From contig NC_068981.1 of the NCBI RefSeq assembly GCF_001194135.2, positions 72,060,267-72,103,093 of the forward strand: 42,827 bases of DNA, in the 5' to 3' direction. Source of the stretch: Octopus bimaculoides (taxonomy: Eukaryota). This document shows, in pieces, positions 11,762 through 22,329 of this stretch. Within the stretch, counting starts at the first letter, position 1. Every line of letters begins with the position of its first letter. Both the position numbers and the translations under genes were made by a program. Under the pieces are notes generated by a model, which was given only the letters and a program-made list of their open reading frames with translations, ran no database searches and had not been told where the DNA came from.

Positions 11762-12005
11762 GTATGCATGTATATATCTGTGTGTATATGTCTTTCTGTC
11801 TGTGTTTGTCCCCCACCCCCACTTGACAACTGGTGCTGGTGTGTTTACATCCCCGTAACTTAGTGGTTTGGCAAAAAAAACCTCCCTATAAAATAAGTAG
11901 TAGGTTTGAAAATAAAATAAGTCCTGGGGTTGATGTATTTGACTAAAACCCTCCCTAACCCTAACCCTAACCCTAACCCTCAAGTTTGCTCCCCATACTG
12001 GCCCC
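11236..12005 (+). mobile_element. Composite of three SINE family A segments joined at microsatellites
   Basis: 5' half 11236-11385; a second head stub ggcatgagagtggctg fused to the 3' half to ~11690; a third 3' half 11770-12005. Confidence 0.8.
11953..11980 (-). repeat. Interstitial telomeric repeat (CCCTAA)4 + CCCT
   Basis: ccctaa ccctaa ccctaa ccctaa ccct, perfect units. Confidence 0.9.
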
Positions 12006-12659
12006 TAAGCCTATACAGGATTATTCAGCAGGCCTAAAAGTGCCACCCTCATTAAAGCATTCCTAGGTAGACAGGTACTCCCTTTCCCCACTGTCACTAG
12101 TTATATTACTGCTCAAGAAGTTGCAGAAACCACTATGTAGTAGTTTGATCTAACAGAAATAACAGCCAAATTTACCTCTAATCATGCTCTAATATCTGCT
12201 TTTGGTTATAGCTTTGCTTGATGGGTTTGAAGAGCAAATCAGCAACAATGTTCCATATGTCTAATATCTTTTATAATCATGAATTGACCAAAAACACAAA
12301 GGGTAATAATAAAATGAACCCCCTAGGTTTAAAGATTTAGTTATAATTTCATAATATAGAAACTTGAATAATTTACAAGCTGACATCATCATTACTTTTG
12401 TTTTTAACATCCATTTTTCCATACTTGAATGGGTGAAGGAGATTTCATGAAGTAAATTTTTATGGTTAGATGACCTTTCTGTCACCAACTCTCACCCGTT
12501 TCCAAGCAAGGTAATATTTTCCTATAGTCAGATATGTTTTCAAGGAAGATTGGAAATGAATAACATTGCTTGTATGATGGTAACACACGTTTACAACAGT
12601 TGTACAATGTCTATTTAAGCAAACACAATACACATACATCCATGCTCAAATACACACAC

Positions 12660-12990
12660 ATATCATCATCACCACCACCACCATCGTCATCATTACCACC
12701 ACCACCTTCATCATCATTTAATGTCTGTTTTCCATGATGGCATTGGTTGGACAATTTGACAGGAGCTGGTAAAGCCAGGAGCCACACCAGGTCCCACAGT
12801 CTGTTTTGACATGGTCTCTACAGCAGGATGTCCTTCCTAATTTCAACCACTTTACAGAGCATAGAGAGTGTTTTTTTATGTGGCACCATCACTGTTACTT
12901 TTTATGTGACACCAGCATCAGTACTTTTTACTTGGTACCATTACCAGTGCTTTTTATGTGACACCATTACCAGTGTTTTTGGGGTTTTAG
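12660..12990 (-). mobile_element. Family D repeat (GAT-tailed, RTE-like 3' end)
   Basis: catcatcatttaatgtctgttttccatg...ggatgtccttcctaat...caaccactttacagag; matches 23590 and 24963 copies. Confidence 0.75.
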
Positions 12991-13039
12991 GGGATGAAAT
13001 GAGAGTGGGGAGAAAAAGTTGCTGGGGCAGAGTCCCTCA

Positions 13040-13198
13040 GGCTTCTTTCACTTTTTATTTACCAAATCCACTCACAAGGGTTTAGGTCAACCTGGGCTAT
13101 AGTAGAAGCCACTTGTCCAAAATACCATGAAGTGGGATTGAACCCCAAATCATACGGTTGAGATGTGAACTTTCTTAACCATACAACCATGCCTACAT
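13040..13198 (-). mobile_element. SINE family A 5' half
   Basis: ggcttctttca...taccaaatccactcacaagg...ctatagtagaag is the reverse complement of family A. Confidence 0.75.
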
Positions 13199-14009
13199 CT
13201 CAACAATGATTTGCAAATAAATTTTACTTTAAAATATTTATGTTATTTTAGTTATAACATATTTTTACATACAGTAAAGCTTTAAGAAAACAAATGTACA
13301 AATTGTTTTGATGACCTGAGCAGCAAAACTACTAACTATTTTACTGTTGTGATAATCAAATATTTGCATTCCCAGTTATAATCTTCATAAAAAAAAGTGC
13401 TAAACGAAAAGGGAAATATCAAATATCTTGTGGAGAGATATAAGGTACATAAAGCTTAAGAATTTCCGAATAAAAAACAAACAAAACAAAATACAAAACT
13501 GAAGCAGAATAAATAGCACACCTATATTTAGTGTTGCTGTTCTGTTCTAATCTTAGTAAGAAGGACTGATTTAGTTTATATTTAGTGTGGTTGCTATCTT
13601 TACTGAGTACTTCTTAAGCTCTGCATCTATTTTCAGGTTTCTGTTGTCTAAAGAAAAGCCAAGATATTAATATGTTTCTGTCTTAAAATATGCAGTAACT
13701 GAATAATGCATTAGTTCACTGAATAAAGCTGGTTTAGTCTGTATTTATAATTTTTATTAGTCCACTGACTTTGTTTAAATGATAAAAATTCCTATGAAAC
13801 ACTTTTACTCGATGAACAAAGATAGGTTACAGGTATTGCTGTGTTGTTTAGAAGTCCACATTTCAACTATTTGGCTTTGAGTTTGATCCCACCATACAGT
13901 ACCTTCTTCTATCATGGAATCAGGTTGACTAAAGCTTTGGGACTGAAATTTGACTAACAGAAACTGTGAGGTACACACACACATACATAAGGTGTTAACC
14001 TTATGGTAG

Positions 14010-14200
14010 AACCATTAGCACAAAAGATGCTTAGCGGTATGTCTTTATATTCTGAGTTCAAATTCCACCAAGACTGACTTTACCTTTCATCCTTTTGGGG
14101 TTGATAAAATAAGTATCAGTTGAGCACTGGGGTCGATGTAATCGACTTACACCCTCCTCTTAAAATTGCTGGCCATGAGCCAAAGTTTGAAGCCAATATA
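14010..14200 (+). mobile_element. SINE family B copy
   Basis: gatgcttagcggtat...gagttcaaattcc...cctttcatcc...ctggggtcgatgtaatcgact. Confidence 0.8.
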
Positions 14201-14292
14201 CATACATGTATGTATGCACATATGTATGTATGTACATATGTATGTATGCACATATGTATGTATGTACATATGTATGTATGTACACATGCATG
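14201..14292. repeat. 16-bp-period tandem repeat catatgtatgtatg(c/t)a
   Basis: Direct inspection; explains ORFs 14147-14363. Confidence 0.85.
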
Positions 14293-16470
14293 ATTTTGTT
14301 GACTTGACGGGGCTGTCTGTGGAGTCGATGGCCATCCAACAGTTGGGAGTGGGAGGCCCCTAGTCTTTGTTTAGATATCTCTCTAGAAGGAAAAAAAAAC
14401 TCTGATGTAACACCTGTAATTTCATTTGCATCCAGTGATGTAGATTAATTTCTCTTTTGGGGCAAAAGCATACATTGTTCAGAAAGCAGGATTGGCTCTG
14501 TGTAAGGCATTCCCCCACTTTGAAAAGCTTCAGACAGGCGTTGCTTGATTTTTACCTGCATACTATGGCTGTCCATAGTAAAAAAAGGCCAAACTCTTAA
14601 TGAAAAATTCCATGATGGAATGAAGGCATGTGTCAGCATGGGTGGTAACTCTCTGAACACCTACTGCAAGAGGCAGCACTGTTACTACAAAGCCACATCT
14701 GTACTGCTTTAAAAGAACAATCAAGTGATGGCATTGCTTGAAATTGAATGGCAGCAATCATGGATGTATTAAAAACATGAATATTTTCAGGTTTGATCTT
14801 TTTAATTAAGGATCTTCATATTTCCTTAAAAGACCTTTATGTTTAGTTTTGAATAGTAACATAATTAAATCAATTAGTCCATTAACGTTTCAAGTGGTTC
14901 ACAGTTCCATCATCAGAATAAAGTCCAAACAGTATGTCACACACACCATTTACACCTGTTTCATTCACATGTAATCTACACAATGCTTTAAGTGGTATAT
15001 ATATTTTGACATATTAAGAACGACATTCAATTACTTTTAACTACCTGAATTTCTCTATAGTGAGAGATAGTTAGATAAAGATTTATGGTCACTCTCTTGT
15101 GATGTAAATAAATCATTTTTGCTAAACACTTTAATATGATGATCACAGTTTTAAAGTTTGCCAAAGAGTATGATAGAGAGAAAGAGAGAGAGAGAGAAAA
15201 AAAGAGAAGATTGAATAATTAATCAGTTAGTCTGGGAAGCTGGAGATAAGAGCTATATCAAGAAGACAGAAAATATATAGACAAGCTAGACATCAAATTA
15301 AAATAAAAATATATTGGAATTTGGAGGCCAGCTTTTGTTCTTTTGAAAATATATGGATTCTAGAATTCCTATATACATGAGGCATTTATGTGGGGTTCAA
15401 TTAATTATCAATTAATTTGATTTATTTCCAATTTGATTTTGTTGCATTTGACTTTGAGACAAAATACATCTTTTTCACAAATGTTCACTACCATACAAAA
15501 ACTATACCAGCTAAGCAAATGGCCTTCCTTGAATGCATTATTGCCATTCTCTTTCAGCTTATAAGACAAATTTGGCTGGAGCAAAATGTGTAAGTCAAGA
15601 TAAGGTAAATTTGCCACTTAAGTGCTCCAGAAAACAGGCTCATGCACATTAATATCCCTTGCTTGATATCAGAAGGATCAGAAATGCAAAAAACATTTAT
15701 ATCTAGGTCAAATTCAAGAGGATCAGGGGAAAATGGCACTTGATATGAAATTAGTGAAACTTGACTAATTTAAAAAAAGAAATCAACATAAAATATTCTC
15801 TATAGCTTCTTGATCTGCTGGAGCATCCCGTTCAGGATATATTTACACACTATGCAGATAAGTAGAAATTATTGACATTAGACGTTACTCGTTTTAGACA
15901 TGTTTTGAAACTTTGAATCTAACAGAGAAAAGAATATTGATTGTTAAACACCAGAAATTATCATCCAGATATTTTATTAGCAACCTCAATTACAATTGGG
16001 TTAAAACTGAAGAAAAATTTCCTGAAGAAAAAGTACCTGTCACTTCAACAACAACTATGCTGACGATTTTTATTGCTAAATATAATGTAGCAATACAAAA
16101 TGATGATGCAGTACTTGCAATGCAATGATTTCTTACGGGTAGGGAGAAAATAACAAAAAATCAGAGACTATTAATTTTACCCAGGTTATTAACTGTGTCC
16201 CATCACCCACAACTCTTCTAACACTTTTATCACTGATTATTTCTGTGGTAATGGAGCTTTCACAATTAGATGAATGCATTTTCTGCTAGATATTTTCTAT
16301 TATAATTATCAAATTAAATGCTTCATTTAAAATATTAAATATGATTTTGAGAATAAGAATTTAATCAATTAGACAAGCGCAATGTTTCGTATGTAAAGAA
16401 ATAACGATATCTTGAGTGAAATATAACGTTAGCCACTGCTCTTCAGGACAATTAATTTGTTAGTAAGTAT

Positions 16471-16808
16471 GGGAGTGGCTGTGTGGTAAGTAGCTTGCTT
16501 ACCAGCCACATGGTTCCGGGTTCAGTCCCACTGCGTGGCAACTTGAGGGCCGACCAAAGCCTTGTGAGTGGATTTGGTAGACGGAAACTGAAAGAAGCCC
16601 ATCGTATATATGTATGTATGTGTTTGTCCCCCCCCCCCAACATCGCTTGACAACCGATACTGGTGTGTTTATGTCCCCGTAACTTAGCAAAAGAGACCGA
16701 TAGAATAAGTACTAGGTTTACAAAGAATAAGTCCTGGGGTCGATTTGCTCGACTAAAGGCAGTGCTCCAGCATGGCCACAGTCAAATGACTGAAACAAGT
16801 AAAAGAGT
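16471..16808 (+). mobile_element. SINE family A with small internal deletion
   Basis: Matches the 2679 copy but lacks ggcaagtgtcttctactatagcctc. Confidence 0.9.
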
Positions 16809-16859
16809 ATGCTTGGTAGCTACTTTTTTTCTTTTTTTCAGGAGGTCAATTTCAAATAT

Positions 16860-17065
16860 TAATCAAGTCAAATTGTTAGCACGCCGGGCGAAATGTTTAG
16901 CAGTATTTCATCTGTTTTCAAGTTCGAGTTCACATGTCGCCGAGGTCGACTTTGCCTTTCATCCTTGCGAGGTCGATAAAATAAGTACCAGTCGAGCACT
17001 GGATATGATGCAATCGATTTATCCCTTCCCTAAACTTGCTGGCCTTGTACAAAAAATCGAAACCA
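16860..17065 (+). mobile_element. SINE family B copy (CpG-intact)
   Basis: gcacgccgggcgaaatg...cgccgaggtcgactttgcctttcatcc...gtcgataaa. Confidence 0.85.
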
Positions 17066-17089
17066 TCACTATCATTATTATCATTATTC

Positions 17090-17490
17090 GGTACTACTAA
17101 AGAAGAGTGGTCCCCAACGCGCACCCTCGCAGTCACGCTTCCGCACTAGCTAGTCGTGAGTAGTCGATCCTAAAACAAGTGGGCGTGCGAGCGCGCGTAT
17201 TTTTGATATATATTCGATTTGTTTTTTTTATTATTTATTTACGTTGTTTAGAAGTTAACAAAAGCAGGTAGAGTGTCGATTTGTTTTTTTTTTATTTACG
17301 TTGTTTAGAAAAAAAAATTATTTTGTTCACAAAAATCTAATTTAAAAAAAAATGTATGAAGTTAACAAAAACAGGTAGTGTGTCGATTTGTTTTTTTTAT
17401 TTATTTACGTTGTTGTAGGATCGACTACTCACGACTAACTAGCGTGGACGCGCGACTGCACGTTGGGGACCACTCTTCTTTACTAGTACC
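17090..17490. mobile_element. Mutator-like MITE: ~75-83 bp imperfect TIRs, 9-bp TSD, internal tandem units
   Basis: TIRs 17090-17172 and 17416-17490 (ggtacta..aagaagagtggtccccaacg...gtcgtgagtagtcgatccta); tcattattc at 17081-17089 and 17491-17499. Confidence 0.85.
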
Positions 17491-17499
17491 TCATTATTC

Positions 17500-17755
17500 A
17501 TGGTGTGCCCGAATGTTTGACATTCGGAATCAATGTCCTTGATACCGGATCACAACCAGTTTCCTTAGATATTGAAGATCTTTCTTACAATCCTTGTGGT
17601 TCCTAATAAAGCAAATTTCTCAATTAATGCAACTCTGGTAGTAGCAATCTCGATAAGGGAACCGTTAGATTTGTTGGCAACCGTACCTAGGGTACCCATA
17701 ACAACTGAGATTACTTTTCTAGAAACCCTCCAAAGACACCCTATTTCCTTGACCT
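17500..17755 (-). mobile_element. 3' end of an R4/Dong-like (RLE) LINE
   Basis: Minus strand KEIGCLWRVSRKVISVVMGTLGTV...EKFALLGTTRIVRKIFNI* matches the EI..LW...V.P.V.GALG.V...QK.ALLGT.RI.RK end of R4-type ORFs; tail runs into ATT/ATC repeats. Confidence 0.7.
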
Positions 17756-17910
17756 GATGCTAATAATTTTCTAATCAAAAATTAAAGGGAGCTAACTGTT
17801 ATAAACATTTTGTTAGTTATCTATCTTTAAACACGAGAGAGCGCTCATAATAACAAACTGTCGACGAATAACAGCACGTGTTAATTTTTTTTTTTGTTAT
17901 CGGCATGCAG

Positions 17911-17931
17911 ATGTATAAACTTTTACTGCAT
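17911..17931 (+). other. Candidate 21-nt upstream exon of COQ8
   Basis: T-rich tract + GCAG at 17910, ATGTATAAACTTTTACTGCAT, GTAAGT at 17932; acceptor ttgttttAG at 18288 is in frame with ATG 18316. Confidence 0.35.
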
Positions 17932-18315
17932 GTAAGTACATTTCTTCTGTAAATCTGCCCTTCTTCATAATTATATAACGTTATTTGAAAGTAGATACCT
18001 TTTAAGAAAACAAAAAATATGTGGAAAACAAATGATCATTTAGATGTCACCTTGCAGTCGGCTTCAACTTTGTTTATGTTGTCAGTGATTGTTATATAAC
18101 TTTCCCGCAGCTGTGAACTGGCTGCATTTAAATCTTTTTGAATTTAACGAATTATTATATTCAACTTTAATTTTTAAATAATCATCTGATTTATACGAAA
18201 ATAAGGAAGCAAGGAAGCGAACGGGGGATATTTGTCTTGACCTTATCCCGTTATCCTTCCTACTTAATTTATGATTAATTTGTTTTAGCGCTTCGGGTTC
18301 GTTAAATCTATCATT

Positions 18316-20268
18316 ATGTCTCGCCGTACTAACGAACTTATCGGTTTATTCAAAGGAATCGAAAGTATTAGCAAAGCCTTAATTGAAATAAATTCAAAAG
18401 AATTAAATACGTTCTGGCAAAACTCTAGTCTGAAAACAGCTTCCGAAAATGTTGCAAGTTGTGCTTCTCAAAGAGTTCAGACCTCTGGTTTCAGTGGATC
18501 TGATGCTCGCCAAAGAATATCTGATAGCTTTCAAATATTGTCACAACAGACGTTTGGCATTTTTAATGCACTCTTTAATCAGAACTCCTTGAAAAAAGAT
18601 ATTGAAGTTGAAGAATCGGATGAAGATGTCCTGTCAGATTTCCCAAATATTTATAATACTGAAGATGGAATCGATGACATAGTTATCCAGTCAGAGTTGT
18701 TTGCTCCGAAATCTACTGAAGAGAAGGAACAAATCTCCCCAGATATAAAGGAAGAGAGAAACACCATAGAAGTACCTGCAGTAGAGATGGAACCTCCTAA
18801 GAATTTATCTGATGAGCAATCTTCACATGAATATGAGACTGTAACGACTATCAAGGACCCTGAATTACTTTCACCAAAGTACAATCTGGAAACTAAACAA
18901 GAGCTATCTAGTATATCAAAAGAAAGGCGTGTACCTTCATCCAGGATTGCAAGGTTAGTTAGTTACAGTGGTCTAGCTGCTGGCCTAGGTATTGGAGCTT
19001 TGGCAGAAGTCACACGACGAACACTAGGAAAGAAAACTCCAGATCAAGTTAGTAAAACAATACTTGGGCCTAGTCCTTTCATGACAGAAGCCAACATTGA
19101 ACGAGTAGTAAGCACATTGTGTCGTGTGAGAGGAGCAGCTCTAAAGCTTGGGCAAATGATGAGCATACAAGACAATACTTTAATTAGTCCTGAACTCCAA
19201 AAAATATTTGAACGTGTTCGTATGAGTGCAGATTTCATGCCAAAATGGCAGATGATGAAGATATTAAATTCTGAACTTGGTTCAGAATGGCAAAACAAAG
19301 TGTTATCTTTTGATGAGAAACCTTTTGCAGCAGCATCAATTGGCCAAGTTCATCAAGTTACACTTCTTGATGGAAAGATGGCAGCAATGAAAATTCAGTA
19401 TCCTGGCGTTGCAGAGAGTATTGACAGTGATATAAATAACTTGATGGGAGTATTAAAAATATGGAACTTCATTCCCAAAGGTGCTTATCTTGATAACATG
19501 ATAGTTGTTGCTAAAAAGGAGTTAACATGGGAAGTTGATTATTCCAGAGAAGCTGAATGTGGACAAAGGTTTTATGAACTTCTGAAAGATGATCCTGTTT
19601 TTGTAATTCCAGAAGTATACAAAGAATTAAGTACATCACGAGTTTTAACCACAGGTTATATTGAAGGTGTTGCAATTGATAAATGCATTGAGATTGATCA
19701 AGAAACAAGGGACTGGATTGGTAAACATTTACTCAGGCTAACTCTAAATGAATTATTTAATTTTAGATTTATGCAAACTGATCCTAATTGGGCAAACTTC
19801 TTTTTTATTCCTGAAACAAAACGAATTGGTTTGTTGGATTTTGGTGCTAGTCGCGAATTTAGTAAATCTTTTGTTGATAGATACATGAAAGTTATAAAAT
19901 CTGCATCTGACCAGAATCGTGATGGTATTCTCAGTGGCTCCCTTGAACTTGGATTTTTAACTGGATATGAAACTAAAGTAATGGAAGAAGCTCATATTGA
20001 TGCTGTAATGATTTTGGGGGAAGCTTTCTCGTTTGAGGGAGAATTTAATTTTGGTACCCAGAAAACTGCAAAACGCATTCAAAACCTTGTTCCTGTCATG
20101 ATAGAACACAGATTAACGCCACCTCCAGAGGAATCTTACTCTCTTCACAGAAAAATGTCTGGTGCTTTTCTTTTGTGCACAAAATTAAAATGTAAAGTAA
20201 ACTGCAAGGAACTTTTTGAGAATGTATGGAACAATTTCCAATTTGAAAACACAAATGTGAACCAATGA
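18316..20268 (+). CDS. COQ8: Atypical kinase COQ8 (ADCK3/4, UbiB/ABC1 family), mitochondrial; single coding exon, 650 aa
   Basis: KxGQ (ALKLGQM), A-rich loop AAASIGQVH, KIQYPG, QTDPN, LLDFG, ERRVPSSRIARL...GLGIGALAEV TM segment and C-terminal HRLTPPPEESYSLHRKMSG; no stops or frameshifts. Confidence 0.97.
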   Translation: MSRRTNELIGLFKGIESISKALIEINSKELNTFWQNSSLKTASENVASCASQRVQTSGFSGSDARQRISDSFQILSQQTFGIFNALFNQNSLKKDIEVEESDEDVLSDFPNIYNTEDGIDDIVIQSELFAPKSTEEKEQISPDIKEERNTIEVPAVEMEPPKNLSDEQSSHEYETVTTIKDPELLSPKYNLETKQELSSISKERRVPSSRIARLVSYSGLAAGLGIGALAEVTRRTLGKKTPDQVSKTILGPSPFMTEANIERVVSTLCRVRGAALKLGQMMSIQDNTLISPELQKIFERVRMSADFMPKWQMMKILNSELGSEWQNKVLSFDEKPFAAASIGQVHQVTLLDGKMAAMKIQYPGVAESIDSDINNLMGVLKIWNFIPKGAYLDNMIVVAKKELTWEVDYSREAECGQRFYELLKDDPVFVIPEVYKELSTSRVLTTGYIEGVAIDKCIEIDQETRDWIGKHLLRLTLNELFNFRFMQTDPNWANFFFIPETKRIGLLDFGASREFSKSFVDRYMKVIKSASDQNRDGILSGSLELGFLTGYETKVMEEAHIDAVMILGEAFSFEGEFNFGTQKTAKRIQNLVPVMIEHRLTPPPEESYSLHRKMSGAFLLCTKLKCKVNCKELFENVWNNFQFENTNVNQ

Positions 20269-20424
20269 TATTTTAAACAAAGAAGTAATTTATCGTTTAT
20301 ATAGAAATGTTATTATTTTTCTTTTCTCATTTTTGTAGATAAATTGTTTGAAAGGTCTGTAAAGTGAGTGTTATTGAATTTAAATTCATATAGAAAAAAA
20401 AAAGATTAACATGTCCCTATGCAT

Positions 20425-20500
20425 CTTACTGGAGTTGACTTTGCCTTTCATTCTTCTGGGGGAAATAAAAATCAATACCAGTTATATACTGTGGTTGATT
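20425..20500 (+). mobile_element. SINE family B fragment in the COQ8 3' region containing AATAAA (20464-20469)
   Basis: gttgactttgcctttcattcttctgggggaaataaaaatcaataccagtt. Confidence 0.6.
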
Positions 20501-21786
20501 CATTCTGATATATTTCATATGTACAAATATATGTTCTTGTGTCAGCATTTTATTAAACAACTGTACATTCTTACACATGTTCTCTGCATTGCATATGAGT
20601 ATAAGAATTATATTTCTACATATTTTTTATTTCTTTTCCCAACTACTTATTGCCATTTGACAATTGGTTAACTGTACGACTTTCCATTAAGTTGATTATA
20701 CTTAGAGCTGCAACTGTCGGAATTCCCTCACCTCTGCTCACATTTTCGTGCTAACATTGATACACAAATGATCCAACTGAACTTCAACTGCAAAGATCTC
20801 ATCAGTCTTGCGAGGGCTGCAAAAGACAAGGACACTACATCCCTTCTTCTAAAACCAAAAGCAACAAAAAAATATGTATGAAAATTAAGTTTTCTTCAAA
20901 CTTTATTTTAAGAAGTTCTAAAAATTCGAAAGTAGATTCTCTAATTGCCTTCTGTATATGTTCCAGCAGTACAATTATATTACACTTTGTTCGTGGTGTT
21001 ATAGATGATGAAAGACCTTTTAATACGGGTAGATTAATTTGGGAATATATGTGGCTTCAGCAGGAATAACTACGAGTTAATAACAGAAGGGACATAACTA
21101 TGCTGTGTTAATAAAACTTCGTGGTTGACAATCATTCAAGATATTGTTTTTCTTTTTGTTATATTGTGCATTGTGTGCTACTATATGTAATATGTTTTTA
21201 GAAATATTTTATTCTTGATTTACTCTCTTACCATTCTAATTGGATGTAATTCAGTGAATTCTAATGTTTGATTGTTTTGACATTTTCTATTTCATGTGTA
21301 ATTATCCAGTGATTTGCCAAGGGAGATAAGTTCCATTTTCAGCTACTTATCTACCAATTTAACTTCAATATTTAAGTATTATTAGAACCAAATGATTGTT
21401 TTCAGGAGAATACTGTCTATATCATGAGACTCAGAGAAGTACCATTACGTTGTTGTAAGGTGTTTTAATAAACACCATTAACCAAAGACATTCTAGCCAT
21501 GGCCATTCTGTTTTATTTAGATATAAGTAGGAGTAGGATATCTGTTATGTCCTTTCTTTTGGTAGTATTGATTGTGGGGTATTTGACTGCTATTTCATTT
21601 TATACTTGTACATATAGTATTCTTTTATGAAATTGCATTTAAGTATATTCATAACTTTTATAGATAATCCATCAATCATGTTTACTTTAATAGATTATAA
21701 GCTGAGATGTTTTGTTATCAATTATTTTTTCCTAGATTGTTTACAACTTCATTGCATATTTTATATGCCATATAAAGAGAAGTAAA

Positions 21787-22122
21787 GACCCTTTTTGATC
21801 ACGAATAACCTTGGGATTGCACCTAAGAAGTTTCCCTCCGAGGCACAAGTCCAGGCATGGTTGTTTATAGAAGACCAGCAGTTGCCCATGCATAGCAGCC
21901 TCCCCTCTCCATGCCACCAATTTTATCCAAGGGAAAAGTAAAGGCCAATACAGCTTGGCACCAGTGATGTCACAACTCATTTCTACTGCTAAGTGAACCA
22001 GATCAACATGGAATAAAGTGTCTTGTGCTCAAGAACACAACACACAGCTCGGTCTGGGAATCAAACTCACTATCTCATGATTATGAGCCTGACACTCTAA
22101 CCACTGAGCAATGTGCTTTCAC
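21787..22122 (-). mobile_element. SINE family E copy
   Basis: Reverse complement of 41205-41497; carries the aagtgtcttg(tg)ctcaagaacacaac segment and a tRNA-like head. Confidence 0.85.
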
Positions 22123-22329
22123 ATATATCATATATATATATATTTATATATATATACCATATATAACACAACTTTATATAAACAATGAATTTTGTTCTGT
22201 TGTGGTATTTTAGTACATCAGTAATTTTAGCATCATCTGCCAATAAAACAATTTTTATATTATCATTGTAATATTTTTTTATAACAAGTGCAAATGAAGC
22301 AGGTATTTTGAAATTTGTTTCATTAAAAG

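Noticed and set aside
14440-14770. Possible mariner HTH remnant
   Set aside because: No TIR or convincing motif found
16663-17100. 145-aa ORF upstream of COQ8
   Set aside because: Read-through of adjacent SINE A and SINE B; similar peptides recur at 2916 and 37446
20700-20880. Frame ...DLISLARAAKDKD resembling an RTE ORF2 end
   Set aside because: Too short and diverged to support a call
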